A stretch of DNA of 64,000 bases from Pristiophorus japonicus (taxonomy: Eukaryota). Below, in pieces: positions 62,403 to 64,000 of the stretch. The stretch is taken from assembly GCF_044704955.1 (NCBI RefSeq), contig NC_091987.1, positions 200,074,001 to 200,138,000 of the forward strand. Direction: 5' to 3'. Under the pieces are notes generated by a model, which was not told the origin of the DNA, did not search any database, and was given only the letters and a program-made list of their open reading frames with translations. Every line of letters starts with the position of its first letter. Position 1 is the stretch's first letter. The translations under genes were made by a program, and so were the position numbers.

Positions 62403-64000
62403 GGGCCCAAATTTGCCCAGGAGTTGCTCCATTTTTTTGGGAGCAACTTGATTTTTCTGGAGTATCTTAAAAATTCCCATTCTGCCATTTAATTTGTGCC
62501 AGTGTAAGTGAGTTAGTTAGGATTTTTTTTTCTTTCTTTTTTTTTTCAAAAGGGAGCGTTACCAGCCACCTGTTTTGGCCATTTAAGCCAGTTTGGACAG
62601 CTAATCGTTGCTCCTAACTAACTTAGGCCAGCGTATGTGGCCACTTGTGGCCACACAGAAAACCCTTGCGGAGAGTTAAGAAATCAGCGCAGGTAGCCAG
62701 AGATGGGGCGGGGGGACGGGGGGAGGGAAGCGGAGATGACCTTGCAAAGCACTAAACACCTTCACACCAACATTCAAGAAGCATTAAAACCATCAATAGT
62801 AAATAATAAATAAATAAATAAATAGTAACATTTATATCACACATTCATTACTCGGCCCGGGAAGTCAGCGGGCCTGCTGGTGAGAGACCACTCTATTGGG
62901 GATAGGAGCGTGCGGGTGGGTGGGACGCCCGGAAGGGAGAGAGCGCAGGGAACTGGCCACACACAACACACAGCAGGCTGGGCTCACAGAACATGGAGGC
63001 TGCAGGAGTCAACTCCGAGGGACTGCTGAAATTCTCTCTCTGAGGGACTGCTGGACTTCTCCTCCGAGGGACTGGTGGTCGAGGGTCTGGTGGACTTCTC
63101 CTCTGAGGGACTGATGGTCTTCTCTCTCCGAGGGACTGGTGGCCTTCTCTCTCCGAGGGTCTGGTGGACTTCTCCCTCCGAGGGACCGGTGGACTTCTCC
63201 CTCCGAGGGACTGATGGACCTCTCCTCCGAGGGACTGGTGAACTTCTCCTCTAAGGGACTGCTGACTTCTCTCTCCGAGGGACTGGTGGACTTCTCCCTC
63301 CGAGGGACTGGTGGACTTCTCCCTCCGAGGGACTGGTGGACTTCTCCCTCCGAGGGACTGGTGGACTTCTCCCTCCGAGGGTCTGGTGGACTTCTCTCTC
63401 CGAGGGACTGGTGGACTTCTCCCTCCGAGGGTCTGGTGGACTTCTCCCTCCGAGGGACTGGTGGACTTCTCCTCCAAGGGACTGCTGACTTCTCCCTCCG
63501 AGGGAATTGTGGATTTCTCCCTCTGAGGGACTGGTGGACTTCTCCTCCGAGGGACTGCTGACTTCTCCCCCGAGGGAATGGTGGACTTCTCTCTCCGAGG
63601 GACTGCTGACTCTCCCCCTCCCCCCCCGATCAAAACACTCTCTCCCCAGATCAAAATTCTTCCCCCCTCCCCTCGCCCCATCAAAGCTCTCCTCCTCCCC
63701 CCTCCCCCCCACAATCAAAACTCTCCTCACTAAACAAAGCACAACCGTCAATAAATAAAAAATAAAACTCAAGTCCTACCTCAGCCCGGGATGCCACTCG
63801 GCCAAGGATAGGTGCGGGACTCTCCATGACGTGCAGCAGCCGGCGTGCATCGTGAGGCCACTCGGCCTGAGATAGGGGAGTGACATCGGGTCCCACGCTG
63901 CAGAGGAGTTACTGTGCATGCGCGAAACCTCCAGTGTGCATGCGTTGAGCCGCCGGCACTCTTTTGAGCGCAGGGCCCTAGCTCCACCCCTAACTGAATT
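62403..64000. mobile_element. Harbinger-type non-autonomous element, left end; continues past the window
   Basis: Begins gggcccaaatttgcccaggagttgctcc, similar to the gggcccaaaattgg TIR family; CpG-rich non-coding body. Confidence 0.55.
63037..63612. repeat. ~25-bp minisatellite
   Basis: Unit gagggactggtggacttctccctcc; generates the repetitive ORFs at 62893-63772. Confidence 0.96.

Noticed and set aside
62893-63772. Repetitive 140-273 aa ORFs (likewise 43009-43703 and 49094-49393)
   Set aside because: Stop-free translation of GC-rich minisatellites.

Overview
Eukaryotic, repeat-dominated genomic DNA, most likely intronic or intergenic sequence from a cartilaginous fish. The taxon is inferred from HE1/HER1-like and SacSINE1/DeuSINE-like repeats and has not been verified. 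No intact host gene, rRNA or CRISPR array is visible. The window is a stack of nested transposons: three decayed PIF/Harbinger elements (one still shows its spliced, convergent Myb/SANT partner gene) plus several Harbinger-type MITEs; three near-ORF2-length CR1 LINEs and many CR1/L2 3' fragments; two Gypsy LTR retrotransposons (one with both LTRs) and solo LTRs; RTE LINEs and short bipartite RTE derivatives; a Tx1-like 3' end; SINEs; a tRNA-Gly(TCC) pseudogene; and several minisatellites. A few candidate minus-strand exons of an unidentified host gene lie in unique sequence (best: 35413-35628). The most notable observations are two head-to-head RTE insertions with a twin-priming-like 5' inversion (one flanked by a TSD), a three-copy non-autonomous RTE derivative made of 5'UTR plus 3' tail, and a Tx1-in-LTR-in-CR1 nest with a perfect 15-bp TSD. 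Most ORF-track entries are antisense or frameshift by-products of these repeats. Element boundaries were read by eye and are approximate unless a junction is quoted.
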